A program made the translations under genes and the position numbers. DNA of 62,420 nucleotides, counting the filler. It is 6 parts of 6 records of this genome, joined end to end, with 100 filler letters (N's around TTAATTAATTAA, not from the genome) between each part and the next. Parts side by side here need not be neighbours in the genome. Positions count along the whole stretch, not along the records: positions 1 to 18,232 come from SRR31147125_30261; 5 more parts are not named here. One strand, given 5' to 3'. Position 1 is the stretch's first letter. Each line of letters opens with the position of its first letter. A model generated the notes under the pieces. It did not search any database. It was not told the DNA's origin and worked only from the letters and a program-made list of their open reading frames with translations. Positions 1-10,314 of this stretch are shown piece by piece.

Positions 1-598
1 TATTAATCTCTTAATGAGATTTTATGATGTTGATCAAGGGTCCATAAAGATTTATGGTGAAGATATAAGAGATTTAAAACAAAATCGATTAAGAGAAAAA
101 ATTGGTGTTGTTTTTCAAAATGACCTCATTTTTGCAGATTCTATATTTGGTAATATTCAATTCAATCGAGAACATATATCAAGTGAGGACATTGAGTTAG
201 CAACAGAAGTCGCACAAGCAAATTTCATTTACGAAAAAGAGAATGCTCATGCATATCAAATGTCTCAAAAAGGGATGAATTTATCGGGTGGGCAAAAACA
301 ACGTGTATTAATCGCAAGAGCCATTGCAGGAAAACCGGATCTTATTATTTTAGATGATGCATCAAGTGCTCTAGATTATCGCACTGATATGAAACTTAGA
401 AATGCGATTAGCGAAAAACATAAAGAAGCTTCCAAAATCATCATTGCACAACGTATTAGCAGCATTAAAGATGCTGATCTTATTTTACTTATCGATGAAG
501 GTCGTGTGATAGCTAAAGGTACACACGAAGCATTGCTTAAACAATCAAGCATGTATCAACAAATTGCCTCATATCAACTAGGGGGTGATTTATCATGA
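1..598 (+). CDS. ABC transporter ATP-binding/permease, C-terminal NBD only (5'-truncated by window edge)
   Basis: LSGGQKQR signature, Walker B IILDDASSALD, degenerate Q-switch (IIAQR); typical first half of a heterodimeric exporter. Confidence 0.9.
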   Translation, partial: INLLMRFYDVDQGSIKIYGEDIRDLKQNRLREKIGVVFQNDLIFADSIFGNIQFNREHISSEDIELATEVAQANFIYEKENAHAYQMSQKGMNLSGGQKQRVLIARAIAGKPDLIILDDASSALDYRTDMKLRNAISEKHKEASKIIIAQRISSIKDADLILLIDEGRVIAKGTHEALLKQSSMYQQIASYQLGGDLS

Positions 599-2376
599 TG
601 TATGCAGGAAAAACAGGACGCGGTAAAAATGATGGGTCATCACGTGCGAAAAATGTAAGATCGACAGTTAAAAGACTTTGGGACTACTTAACTTTTTATA
701 AAGAAAAACTAATCTTAGCATTAACATTAACCATTATCGCGAATGTCTTATCACTTGTAGGACCATATTTAACAGGTAGAGCTATTGATGTCATGGGTGA
801 AGATGTTGATTTTAGTCGTGTATTTGTTTATGCGGGTTTAATGGTCGTTTTCTACCTATTATCAGCATTACTTAACTTTTGGTTAAGAGTTGCAATGGTA
901 AAAATAAGTCAGTCAGTTGTTTATAAAATGAGAAAAGATTTATTTGAGAAATTAAATAAAGTTGAAATTTCATTTTTTGATACACAACAAACAGGTGATA
1001 TTATTTCAAAAATGAGTTATGATATTGATTCTATTAATACATCACTTGCAACAGATGTGATAAGCATTTTAACAAGTTTTATTACAATCACAATTTCATT
1101 TGTTATGATGGTTATTATGTCACCTATATTGGTCCTCGTCTTTTTGGTGACGATTCCATTATCTGTTTTAACTACTAAAGTGTTATCGAAAATTGTTAAA
1201 AAGAAATATCGTATAAGAAATAAAAAACTAGGTACACTCAACGGTTTTGCAGAAGAAATGATTACAGGTCAACGCACCATTCAATCATATGTTCAAGAAG
1301 AAAGCGTACTCAATAAATTTGAAAAACTTAATGAGGAAACTGCCATAGCATCTTATGAAGCAGGTTATTATGGGACAATTGTAGGACCATCGATAAACTT
1401 CATTTCTAATTTATCAGTGGCACTTGTAGGTGTATTTGGTGGTATTTTATATTTTAGAGGTCTTATCTCTATTGGTAAACTAACTAGTTTCACTTTATAT
1501 TCTAGAAGATTTTCGGGTCCGATTAACCAGATGTCAAGTGTGTTTGCTGACATTCAAAGTGCATTAGCTGCAGCTGAAAGAGTATTTGGTGTATTAGATG
1601 CGAAAGAAGAAGATAGCGATCATCCTGATGTTATTTTAGATCTTGATATTAAAGGTGAAGTTGAAGTTAAACACCTAGATTTTTCATATGTTAAAAATCA
1701 ACCGATTTTAAAAGATGTTAATTTCAAAGCTAAGCAAGGTAAAGTTGTTGCCATTGTTGGTCAAACTGGTGCAGGTAAAACAACGCTTGTTAATTTATTA
1801 ATGCGTTTTTATGAACCACCCAAAGCTTCAATATTTATTGATCAACACGATATTTATGACATGCCTAGAGCAGCACTTAGAAAATCTTTTTCAATGGTTT
1901 TACAAGATACATGGGTATTTCACGGGACCATTCATGAAAACATTGCATATGGAAATGGTCATCCAACGCGCCTAGAAGTAGAAGAGGCAGCTAAAAAAGC
2001 ACATATCCATCATTTTATTCTACATTTACCACAAGGTTATGACACTGTTTTAACCGATGAAGGATTAAATATATCTAAAGGTCAAAAACAATTGCTAGTG
2101 ATTGCACGGGCGATGCTGTCAAAAACGAAAATGCTCATCTTAGATGAAGCAACATCAAATGTAGATACACATACGGAAGTGCAAATACAACATGCCATGC
2201 TAAAATTAATGGAAAATAAAACATCATTTGTGATTGCGCACCGACTATCTACCATACAAAATGCTGATCTTATATTAGTTGTTGATCAAGGTAATATTGT
2301 CGAGCAAGGTACACATGAAGAGCTTTTAGACCAAAAAGGTATTTATAATGATTTATATTATTCACAATTTCAATAA
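595..2376 (+). CDS. ABC exporter permease/ATP-binding subunit (heterodimer partner)
   Basis: Hydrophobic TM domain, Walker A GQTGAGKT, ISKGQKQL, ILDEATS, IAHRL; start overlaps upstream stop (ATGA). Confidence 0.93.
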   Translation: MMYAGKTGRGKNDGSSRAKNVRSTVKRLWDYLTFYKEKLILALTLTIIANVLSLVGPYLTGRAIDVMGEDVDFSRVFVYAGLMVVFYLLSALLNFWLRVAMVKISQSVVYKMRKDLFEKLNKVEISFFDTQQTGDIISKMSYDIDSINTSLATDVISILTSFITITISFVMMVIMSPILVLVFLVTIPLSVLTTKVLSKIVKKKYRIRNKKLGTLNGFAEEMITGQRTIQSYVQEESVLNKFEKLNEETAIASYEAGYYGTIVGPSINFISNLSVALVGVFGGILYFRGLISIGKLTSFTLYSRRFSGPINQMSSVFADIQSALAAAERVFGVLDAKEEDSDHPDVILDLDIKGEVEVKHLDFSYVKNQPILKDVNFKAKQGKVVAIVGQTGAGKTTLVNLLMRFYEPPKASIFIDQHDIYDMPRAALRKSFSMVLQDTWVFHGTIHENIAYGNGHPTRLEVEEAAKKAHIHHFILHLPQGYDTVLTDEGLNISKGQKQLLVIARAMLSKTKMLILDEATSNVDTHTEVQIQHAMLKLMENKTSFVIAHRLSTIQNADLILVVDQGNIVEQGTHEELLDQKGIYNDLYYSQFQ

Positions 2377-2401
2377 TAAAACACATTATGCACCCGAATT
2401 C

Positions 2402-2430
2402 TTGTAATTATGTAAGCAATTGTGTATAAT
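2402..2430 (+). promoter_or_regulatory. sigma-A promoter of cold-shock gene
   Basis: TTGTAA-17 bp-TATAAT with extended TG; AGGAG RBS before ATG 2483. Confidence 0.65.
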
Positions 2431-2482
2431 GAACTTAAGCGGAATTAAAAAGGCTTTAGATTTAAGTAAGGAGAAAGAGTGA

Positions 2483-2680
2483 ATGAAAGGCGTTGTAAAA
2501 TGGTTTGACGCTGATAAGGGATATGGATTTATCTCATCAGAAGATAACAAAGACATTTTTGTACACTTCAGTGCAATTCAAACTGAAGGCTACAAAACAT
2601 TAGCAGAAGGCGACCAAGTAGAATTTGACGTTAAAGACGGAGCTCGTGGCCCACAAGCTGCAAGCGTAGTTAAAGTATAA
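2483..2680 (+). CDS. cspA: Cold-shock protein (CSD)
   Basis: KGVVKWF, KGYGFI (RNP1), DIFVHFSAI (RNP2), 65 aa. Confidence 0.97.
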   Translation: MKGVVKWFDADKGYGFISSEDNKDIFVHFSAIQTEGYKTLAEGDQVEFDVKDGARGPQAASVVKV

Positions 2681-2694
2681 ATTTTAATAGGTAA

Positions 2695-2726
2695 AGGGAA
2701 CTCATTTGAGTTCCCTCTTCTTTTTT
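2695..2726 (+). terminator. Intrinsic terminator
   Basis: AGGGAACTCA/TGAGTTCCCT stem followed by T-tract. Confidence 0.85.
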
Positions 2727-2797
2727 ATAGGGATAAATATAAACTTTTGTTTAAATGGTAGCGCTTTTATGATATAATATGCGTATAGATAGGAGTA

Positions 2798-3532
2798 GTG
2801 ATGCAAATGGAAAAAGACCTTTTAGAGGTGCAAGTGAAGCATCTCGAAAACGTAGTCAAGGAATGCGATCCCAAACAATTAGAAACAGTGAATTTAGCTT
2901 TTGCACTTAAATATACAACTGATGCAGTTGGTATGTGTGATAAAGTCATTTCTGTTGAAGATGTGGAACGCATCAGTAAAGCAAAAGCTTTACCTGATTT
3001 TAGCGAAAGACAGCAAAAAGAAATACTTAATCATTTAAAAGCATTTGAAGAAGTGAAACAAGCGGTTAAAACATCAAAACCTTTTACAGAAGAATACTTA
3101 AAAGATATCCATGCGACTTTAGTTGATGGTATATTTCCAGGCGGTGTTTATAGAAATGTAAACATATCTATATTTGGGGCAGCACACCAACCACCTGATC
3201 ATGTAAAAGTCTATGATCGAATGCACCGCTTTTTTAATACCCTAAATGAGTTTAAAGGTAGTCCATTAGAACGTGCGACATATGCGCACGCAAGTGTTGC
3301 AAAGATCCACCCTTTTGTGGATGCGAATGGTCGATTAGCAAAATTGGTATTAAATTATTTTTTAATGAAAGAAAAATATTTACCGGTTTCTATTCCACTT
3401 GATTTAATGGATGAGTATATTGCATGTTTAGAAACATTTAAGGTTGAAAAAAAACTCGATCCACTCACACAATTTTTTAAAAAACTACTTTTAAAACGAT
3501 ACGAAGAAACACTAGCGAAATGTGATCTATAA
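2798..3532 (+). CDS. Fic-domain protein
   Basis: HPFVDANGRLAK variant of HPFx(D/E)GNGRxxR; GVYRNVNISI flap region. Confidence 0.88.
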   Translation: MMQMEKDLLEVQVKHLENVVKECDPKQLETVNLAFALKYTTDAVGMCDKVISVEDVERISKAKALPDFSERQQKEILNHLKAFEEVKQAVKTSKPFTEEYLKDIHATLVDGIFPGGVYRNVNISIFGAAHQPPDHVKVYDRMHRFFNTLNEFKGSPLERATYAHASVAKIHPFVDANGRLAKLVLNYFLMKEKYLPVSIPLDLMDEYIACLETFKVEKKLDPLTQFFKKLLLKRYEETLAKCDL

Positions 3533-3557
3533 AGCGTGCTCAGGCACGCTTTTTTTA
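3531..3557 (+). terminator. Intrinsic terminator
   Basis: AAAGCGTGC-TCAG-GCACGCTTT stem followed by T-run. Confidence 0.85.
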
Positions 3558-3615
3558 TAACAAATATTATTTTATCTTTTACTTGATTTATGTTAAAATA
3601 AAAGAAGGTGATATT

Positions 3616-4467
3616 ATGAATTTATTATGCGGTAGAGTAAGTCAATTTAGAGTACTTAGAAAAACAGATATTGGCTATATGCTTGAGCATGATGGCGAAG
3701 AGGTTTTTCTTCATTTTAATGAATCTTTAAGAAAAGATCTAAGCGTCAATGATGAGGTTGATGCGTTTTTATATTTTGACCAAAAAGGACGTGTTGCAGC
3801 GACGCTGTTACAACCACTCATCACACGCGATCAACCAGCGATTTTAGAGGTTGTATCTATCAATGCTCATTTAGGTGTTTTTTTGGAAATGGGTATTCAT
3901 AAAGACTTGCTGTTATCTAAAGATGACTTGCCATTAAATGATAGTCAATGGCCGAGAATCGGTGATAAACTGTTCGTGAAAATGATGCATAAGAATCGTT
4001 TAACTGCTAAGCCAATTAATAAATTAGATGTTAGTGATCAAGATACATTAGAAATTAAAGATAAGGTGAGTGCAACGATTCAAAAAATCGGGCATGCAGG
4101 GCTTAATGTTTTAACAGATGATTTAGTATGGGTTTTTATCCATCAAAGTATGTATAAAGAAGATGTATGGTTAGGTAAAAGAGTTGAAGTAACCATTACA
4201 TCAAAATCAGATAAAGGCTATCTTGGGACATTGATGCTTCAAAAAGAAGGTCAAATGGTTGAAGATGCCGATATGATTCTAAATTATTTGATAAAACATC
4301 AAGAAGTAGCCCTTGATGCAAGTAGTACTCCTGAAGATATTAAGAATAAGTTTAATATGAGCAAAAAAGCGTTTAAAAGAGCGATAGGTATTTTATATAA
4401 ACAAAGAAGAGTTGTTTTTGAAGATGGGAAAACAAAAATTAGTATAGGTGACCAATATGAAAAATAA
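3616..4467 (+). CDS. cvfB: CvfB/YitL family S1 RNA-binding protein
   Basis: S1-like repeats (FLYFDQKGR, GVFLEMGIHKDLLL), C-terminal winged helix MSKKAFKRAIGILYK; start placed at ATG after GAAGGTG. Confidence 0.88.
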   Translation: MNLLCGRVSQFRVLRKTDIGYMLEHDGEEVFLHFNESLRKDLSVNDEVDAFLYFDQKGRVAATLLQPLITRDQPAILEVVSINAHLGVFLEMGIHKDLLLSKDDLPLNDSQWPRIGDKLFVKMMHKNRLTAKPINKLDVSDQDTLEIKDKVSATIQKIGHAGLNVLTDDLVWVFIHQSMYKEDVWLGKRVEVTITSKSDKGYLGTLMLQKEGQMVEDADMILNYLIKHQEVALDASSTPEDIKNKFNMSKKAFKRAIGILYKQRRVVFEDGKTKISIGDQYEK

Positions 4468-4786
4468 CATAGATAAAGATCCTTTTGCTGAATATGATCA
4501 ATTTTGGGATGAATTAGACCAAGTTGAAAATCAGGGTAAAAAGAAAATAGAAAAAGTAGATAAAGGCGAAAAAGATTTCGATGATGATATTGATTTCAGT
4601 GATATCGAAAGAAAACTTAATCCTAAAAATTTAGATAAACAACAATTAAAAACATTAATTTCATGGATTATAGGTATTATATTTGTTGGGAACTTTATTT
4701 TTAGATTTGCTAATTTTTCGTTTTTTTGGTTGATCATTGCATTTGCAGTGATTGGACAATTATTTAAAGGTGGTAAAAATGGGTAA
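4457..4786 (+). CDS. Small hypothetical membrane protein
   Basis: Acidic N-terminus, two C-terminal hydrophobic segments; overlaps cvfB stop and proS start. Confidence 0.7.
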   Translation: MKNNIDKDPFAEYDQFWDELDQVENQGKKKIEKVDKGEKDFDDDIDFSDIERKLNPKNLDKQQLKTLISWIIGIIFVGNFIFRFANFSFFWLIIAFAVIGQLFKGGKNG

Positions 4787-6212
4787 AAATCAAAAACTAG
4801 TACAAAGTATTACATCGAGAGATCAAGATTTCGCTCAATGGTATACAGATTTATGTTTAAAAGCTGAACTCATGGATTATAGTGATGCTAAAGGGTTTAT
4901 TATTTATAGACCTTATGGTTATGCGATTTGGGAAAATATTCAATCGTATCTAGATAAAAAATTTAAAGAGACACAACATGAAAATGTTTATATGCCGCTT
5001 GTGATTCCCGAAACACTATTTCAAAAAGAAAAAGACCATGTTGAAGGTTTTGCACCTGAAACTGCAATGATCACAACGACTGGTGTCGAAGACTTAAATG
5101 AAAGACTTATTGTAAGACCGACATCTGAAACATTGTTTTGTACACATTTTTCAAAAATCATTAATTCGCATAGAGATTTACCAAAATTATATAATCAATG
5201 GTGTAGTGTTGTCCGTTGGGAAAAAACAACACGTCCTTTTTTGCGTGGTAAAGAATTCTTATGGCAAGAAGGACATACTGCACACGCAAATGCAGAAGAA
5301 GCAAAAAAAGAAGCACTTGATATGTTAGAAACATATAAACAATTAGGCGAGTCTTTATTGGCAATCCCATTTATTACGGGTAGAAAAACTGAAAAAGAAA
5401 AATTTGCTGGTGCACTTGATACATATACGATTGAGGCACTTATGCCAGATGGACAAGCTTTGCAATCAGGAACAACCCATTATTTCGGTCAAGAGTTTGC
5501 GAAAGCATTTGATATTAAATTCCAAAATATTGATAACAAACAATCATTTGTCTATCAAACATCATGGGGTGTTTCTACAAGATTAATTGGCGCAATCATT
5601 ATGGTTCATGGTGATGATGAAGGATTGGTGTTGCCACCATATGTTGCACCAAAACAAGTCGTCATTATACCAATACAAGATAAAAAACAAGAAGTTATTG
5701 ATGCAACACAACGTATCTATCAATCAGTTTTAGATCAAAATATCAGAGTGTTTGTCGATAATTCTAAAAAATCACCAGGTTGGAAGTTTAGTGAACATGA
5801 AATGAAAGGTGTACCAATACGTATAGAAGTTGGTCCAAGAGACTTGGCTAACGGTGTGGTCACCATTGTAACAAGATATAATAGAGAAAAAATAGTTGTC
5901 AAAGTTGAAGAGGTAGCATCAAAAATTGAAGTGTTACTAAAAGAAATTCATCAAGCCATGTTAAAAAAAGCAAATGATTATGTTAACACACATACATTTG
6001 TAGCAAAAACATATGATGCATTTAAAGATTATTTAAAACAAGGTGGCTATATTCAAATGAGTATTGCTGGAGAAGAAGCTGAACTCATGATTAAAGCTGA
6101 TACTGGAGCAACCGCACGTATCGTACCATTTGATCAATCACTGATTACTGAGATTTGTCCTGTAACAGGTAAAAAAGCAACGCAAACAGTTTGGTTTGCG
6201 CGTGCATATTAA
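4779..6212 (+). CDS. proS: Proline--tRNA ligase (archaeal/eukaryotic-like type)
   Basis: RPTSE, VRWEKTTRPFLRGKEFLWQEGHT, QSGTTHYFGQ, TSWGVSTR, C-terminal ARAY. Confidence 0.97.
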   Translation: MGKNQKLVQSITSRDQDFAQWYTDLCLKAELMDYSDAKGFIIYRPYGYAIWENIQSYLDKKFKETQHENVYMPLVIPETLFQKEKDHVEGFAPETAMITTTGVEDLNERLIVRPTSETLFCTHFSKIINSHRDLPKLYNQWCSVVRWEKTTRPFLRGKEFLWQEGHTAHANAEEAKKEALDMLETYKQLGESLLAIPFITGRKTEKEKFAGALDTYTIEALMPDGQALQSGTTHYFGQEFAKAFDIKFQNIDNKQSFVYQTSWGVSTRLIGAIIMVHGDDEGLVLPPYVAPKQVVIIPIQDKKQEVIDATQRIYQSVLDQNIRVFVDNSKKSPGWKFSEHEMKGVPIRIEVGPRDLANGVVTIVTRYNREKIVVKVEEVASKIEVLLKEIHQAMLKKANDYVNTHTFVAKTYDAFKDYLKQGGYIQMSIAGEEAELMIKADTGATARIVPFDQSLITEICPVTGKKATQTVWFARAY

Positions 6213-6223
6213 GGAGTGAAAAT

Positions 6224-6534
6224 ATGGCTTCAATTATTAAAGATACAATTATGCTTGATAAAAAAGCTAGAGAGAAGATTTCTGAATTAGAATTAGAAAA
6301 ATCTCAACTCGATGCACGTGTTAAAGAAGAAGCGAAGTTTATTGAAGATGCTTTTATACAGTCAAACAAGAAAAATTAGATGCTCGGAAAAAAGCATATC
6401 AAAAAGAAGTTAAAACACGTGAAAAAAATGAACTCAAACATTTTGAGAGAAATTTAGAAGCGATGAATGAACAGTTTGAAAAAAATAAGGAACAATGGAT
6501 TAAAGACATATTCGAAGCTTGTACCAAAGCATAA
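6224..6534 (+). CDS. Probable V-type ATPase subunit G/H (peripheral stalk), apparent frameshift near 6352-6366
   Basis: AGGAG RBS; charged coiled-coil MASIIKDT... continues in another frame as KQEKLDARKK...EACTKA*; span is 1 nt short of a multiple of 3; first gene of the ATPase operon. Confidence 0.65.
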
Positions 6535-6545
6535 AGGGGTTTTTT

Positions 6546-7583
6546 ATGGGTTCACTTGCAAATAATGCAATCATCACAAAAGCTAAATCCATGTATGGTA
6601 AATACCTAAAAGCTGAAGATTACGATCGCATGATTAAACTATCTACAGTGCCGGAATTAGTAAACTATTTAAAAAAACATCCAAATTATAAAGACATCTT
6701 AAAAGATGTATCTGAAAATACTGTGCATCGAGGGCATCTTGAAGCACTTATTCGACGCAATGGTATTGAAAAAATATTAAAACTCGTAAAACTGGTATAT
6801 TCAGATGATAAAGCATTTTATATGCTTGATGTTATTAAACAAGAAAATGAAGTGATATTAGCTATTATTAGAATGATGATTAATGATGATCAAGAAGATA
6901 TTAGTGGTCGCTTACCATTTTTCTATGATGTAAAAACACACATTGATTATAAAAAGATGTTAAAAATAAAAGATTATGATGATTTGTTAGAAGCGGTAAA
7001 AGATACTGATTATGAAGATATTCTTAGACCTTATTACACAAAAAATAAAGATCAACTAAGATATTTGGATATAGAACATGCTCTTGAAGTTTATTATTAT
7101 GATTTAATATTTAAAACCATAAATAAAAATTATAGTGGTCGATTAAAAAAAGATTTAGAGCATTTATTCCAATCCAAGATTGATTTATCAAATGTGACAA
7201 AAATATATCGTTTAAAGAAGTTTTATAAAGCAGACCCCATCACGATTAAAAATGTTTTAGTTAATGAGTACTCTAAGATGAGCGACAAGAAATTAAATGA
7301 TTTAATTGCAGTTGATAATCCTGATAAATTATTATCGGTTATTACAAAAAATCATTATTTTCCAATTGCTGATGAAGATGATTATGTCTATATAGAATAC
7401 TATACAGGCAAAATAAGATATCAACTAGCTAAAAAATATATGTATTTTGCAACAGAAGTACCAAAAGTATATGCTGCATTTATCATTTTATCAGAAATCG
7501 AAATTGAAAATCTGACGAATATCATTGAAGGTATTAGATATCGCATTGATGATCATGAAATGAAACAAATGTTAATTTATTAA
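6546..7583 (+). CDS. ntpC: V-type ATPase subunit C (V0D/AC39)
   Basis: KAKSMYGKYL N-terminus, EIENLTNIIEGIRY C-terminus, operon position. Confidence 0.88.
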   Translation: MGSLANNAIITKAKSMYGKYLKAEDYDRMIKLSTVPELVNYLKKHPNYKDILKDVSENTVHRGHLEALIRRNGIEKILKLVKLVYSDDKAFYMLDVIKQENEVILAIIRMMINDDQEDISGRLPFFYDVKTHIDYKKMLKIKDYDDLLEAVKDTDYEDILRPYYTKNKDQLRYLDIEHALEVYYYDLIFKTINKNYSGRLKKDLEHLFQSKIDLSNVTKIYRLKKFYKADPITIKNVLVNEYSKMSDKKLNDLIAVDNPDKLLSVITKNHYFPIADEDDYVYIEYYTGKIRYQLAKKYMYFATEVPKVYAAFIILSEIEIENLTNIIEGIRYRIDDHEMKQMLIY

Positions 7584-7594
7584 GGAGAATATTC

Positions 7595-9511
7595 ATGAGT
7601 ATAGCGAAAATTAAACTCGTCAATATCACAGGAAATGTCAAAGACATTGATCAAGTTTTAGGAAGGTTTATCGATATTAAAGATTTCCATCCTGTACTTG
7701 CTAGTGAAATTGTTGAAAAAGTGCAAGGATCTACATCATTTGTTGCTGAAAATCCTTGTCAAACATTACTTCAAAATCTGCATGAAATTGAAGTTAAATA
7801 TGAATTGAACTTACCAAATGAAGAACAACGTGATCAAGATTATTCTTTTAATGAAATGTATGATTATATGCAAGACATTCAAGAAAGACTTAATCATGAA
7901 ATGAAATTGATTAAAGATTTAGAAGTACACATTCAAAAATATCAAGATGCCTTAATACAAGTGAAGAATATTGAATCGCTTGACATTGCACTTGAAGATT
8001 TGTTTGCTTGTGAATTTATATCACTAAGATTTGGTAGATTGCCAAATGATAGTGTGAATAAATTAAAATTCTTTCAATCAAAACCATTTGTTTTTAAGTC
8101 ATTTAATCATGACCATAATAATAGTTGGTGTATGTATTATACAACTGATGAATATAAACGAGAAGTTGATAATATCTTCTCATCATTATTTTTCGAAAGA
8201 ATATATATTCCTGATTTTGTTCATGGTATTCCTAAGGATGCGATTAAAGCATTGGAATATGAAATCGAACAAGCTTATGAAATGATTCATCAATATCGTG
8301 ATGATATGTATGAAATCACTTGTGGTTGTTCTAATGAACTTTCTTGTATTAAAGGTGAATTACTTTACTTGAACCGTATATTTGAAGCAAAAAAATATGT
8401 GGTAGGTTTAGGTGATAAATTTACTATATCAGGATTTATTGAAGATGAACGATGTGAACAAATCCAAAAAGGCTTTGTTGGTCTTGACGTTGAAGTAGAT
8501 ATTGATGATGCTGAGAGTGATCGACGTATCAAACCACCTACAAAACTAAAAAATGGTTGGTTTAGTAAACCGTTTAGTATGTTTGTCAAGATGTATGGTA
8601 TTCCAGGTTATAAAGAAATAGATCCGACGCCATTTGTTGCGATTACATATTCACTATTGTTTGGGATTATGTTTGGCGATGTTGGACAAGGGTTTGTACT
8701 TGCACTACTTGGTGGTTTAATGTATAAATACAAGGACTTTAAACTTGGTGCAGTTGGTGTAAGAATAGGTATATCATCAATGATATTTGGACTTGTTTAT
8801 GGATCGTTGTTTGGTAATGAAGAATTATTACCGGAGCTATATCACAGTCTGGGTATATCGATATTGCCGTTGCATGTTATGGATCCAGATTTTACGATGA
8901 CATTGTTGATTGCAGCGATTGCGATAGGTGCTGTACTTATATTAATTTCGATGGTGTTTAATATGATTACATTGTATCGAAAAAAGGATTATGCACAACT
9001 CATTGCATCCCATAACGGTATATCAGGCTTTATCTTTTATAGTTTCTTATTGACTGGGCTTGCTTTACAAATGGGTTTAGGTATTGAAATATTTAATTTT
9101 ATTACAATTCCATTATTAATTGTAATCCCATTGATTCTTATATTCTTAAAAGAACCAATAGAACGTAAAATGCATCATGAAAAAATGTTTGAAAATGGAT
9201 TTAGTGGATTCTTTGTTGAAGGATTCTTTGAACTATTTGAAGTTGTTTTATCATATATTACAAATACAGTATCATTCTTAAGAGTTGGTGGATTTATTTT
9301 ATCTCATGCAGGTATGATGCTTGTTGTAAACACATTAATGGAAAGTGCCGCGGGTGCAAGTAGTATATTAATACTTGTACTAGGTAATATATTCGTGATG
9401 GTCCTAGAAGGACTCATTGTTGGTATTCAAGTACTTAGACTTGAATTTTATGAAATGTTTTCAAGATATTACGAAGGTAATGGTATCGCATTTACTGCGA
9501 CTAATGAATAA
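7595..9511 (+). CDS. ntpI: V-type ATPase subunit I (a)
   Basis: EIDPTPF, FGIMFGDVGQG, SFLRVGGFILSH, LRLEFYEMFSRYY. Confidence 0.95.
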   Translation: MSIAKIKLVNITGNVKDIDQVLGRFIDIKDFHPVLASEIVEKVQGSTSFVAENPCQTLLQNLHEIEVKYELNLPNEEQRDQDYSFNEMYDYMQDIQERLNHEMKLIKDLEVHIQKYQDALIQVKNIESLDIALEDLFACEFISLRFGRLPNDSVNKLKFFQSKPFVFKSFNHDHNNSWCMYYTTDEYKREVDNIFSSLFFERIYIPDFVHGIPKDAIKALEYEIEQAYEMIHQYRDDMYEITCGCSNELSCIKGELLYLNRIFEAKKYVVGLGDKFTISGFIEDERCEQIQKGFVGLDVEVDIDDAESDRRIKPPTKLKNGWFSKPFSMFVKMYGIPGYKEIDPTPFVAITYSLLFGIMFGDVGQGFVLALLGGLMYKYKDFKLGAVGVRIGISSMIFGLVYGSLFGNEELLPELYHSLGISILPLHVMDPDFTMTLLIAAIAIGAVLILISMVFNMITLYRKKDYAQLIASHNGISGFIFYSFLLTGLALQMGLGIEIFNFITIPLLIVIPLILIFLKEPIERKMHHEKMFENGFSGFFVEGFFELFEVVLSYITNTVSFLRVGGFILSHAGMMLVVNTLMESAAGASSILILVLGNIFVMVLEGLIVGIQVLRLEFYEMFSRYYEGNGIAFTATNE

Positions 9512-9532
9512 AAATTTGGAGGAACTTAGAGT

Positions 9533-9979
9533 ATGTTTTTAACATTTATTGATTTTATTTTACCGCTTATTTTGATTGGATTAATTTCACTTCCACTCAT
9601 TAAAGTATTCCAGGGGAAAGTATCTAAAAATTCTGCAAAGAAAAGATTAAACTTTCACATTTTAAGTTTTTTCTCAGTACTAGCATTTATACTTGTATTA
9701 CAATTAATGATTAGACCAAGTATTAACGCTGCTGAAGAAGAAGTAACAAGTATTGTTGGTACACTAGCACAAGGTTTAGGTTTCTTAAGTGCTGCACTTT
9801 CTACAGGTTTATCTGCACTTGGTGCTGGTATTGCTGTTGCTGCTGCTGCACCAGCTGCAATTGGATCTTTTTCTGAAGATGAAAAAAACTTTGGTAAATC
9901 AATGATTTTCGTTGCGCTTGGTGAAGGTGTTGCGATTTATGGGATTCTTATTTCAATCTTAATTATTGGTAGATTATAA
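9533..9979 (+). CDS. ntpK: V-type ATPase proteolipid subunit K (c)
   Basis: Gly/Ala-rich hairpin with FVALGEGVAIYG conserved Glu. Confidence 0.92.
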   Translation: MFLTFIDFILPLILIGLISLPLIKVFQGKVSKNSAKKRLNFHILSFFSVLAFILVLQLMIRPSINAAEEEVTSIVGTLAQGLGFLSAALSTGLSALGAGIAVAAAAPAAIGSFSEDEKNFGKSMIFVALGEGVAIYGILISILIIGRL

Positions 9980-9997
9980 AAAGAAGGGTTAGCAAAT

Positions 9998-10306
9998 ATG
10001 AAATTTTTCTTAATTAGTGACAATGTGGATACACAAGTCGGTTTAAGACTTGTTGGTATAGATGGTGTCGTTGTACATGAACGAAAACCATTTTTAGAGT
10101 TGCTTGAAGAAAAATTACATGATGATGACATCGGAATTATTTTATTAACGACTAAATGCGTAGAACTTGCACCAAGGGTTATTTCTGAGCTAAAACTTAC
10201 ACATCAACATAAATTGATTGTAGAAGTACCTGATCGTCATGGTGAATCCAATATTGGTGAAGCGATTGACAAATATGTAAGTGAAGCAATAGGCGTTAAA
10301 TTGTGA
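9998..10306 (+). CDS. ntpF: V-type ATPase subunit F
   Basis: ISDNVDTQVGLRLVGI, IVEVPDRHG, AIGVKL. Confidence 0.93.
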   Translation: MKFFLISDNVDTQVGLRLVGIDGVVVHERKPFLELLEEKLHDDDIGIILLTTKCVELAPRVISELKLTHQHKLIVEVPDRHGESNIGEAIDKYVSEAIGVKL

Positions 10307-10314
10307 GGTAGATT

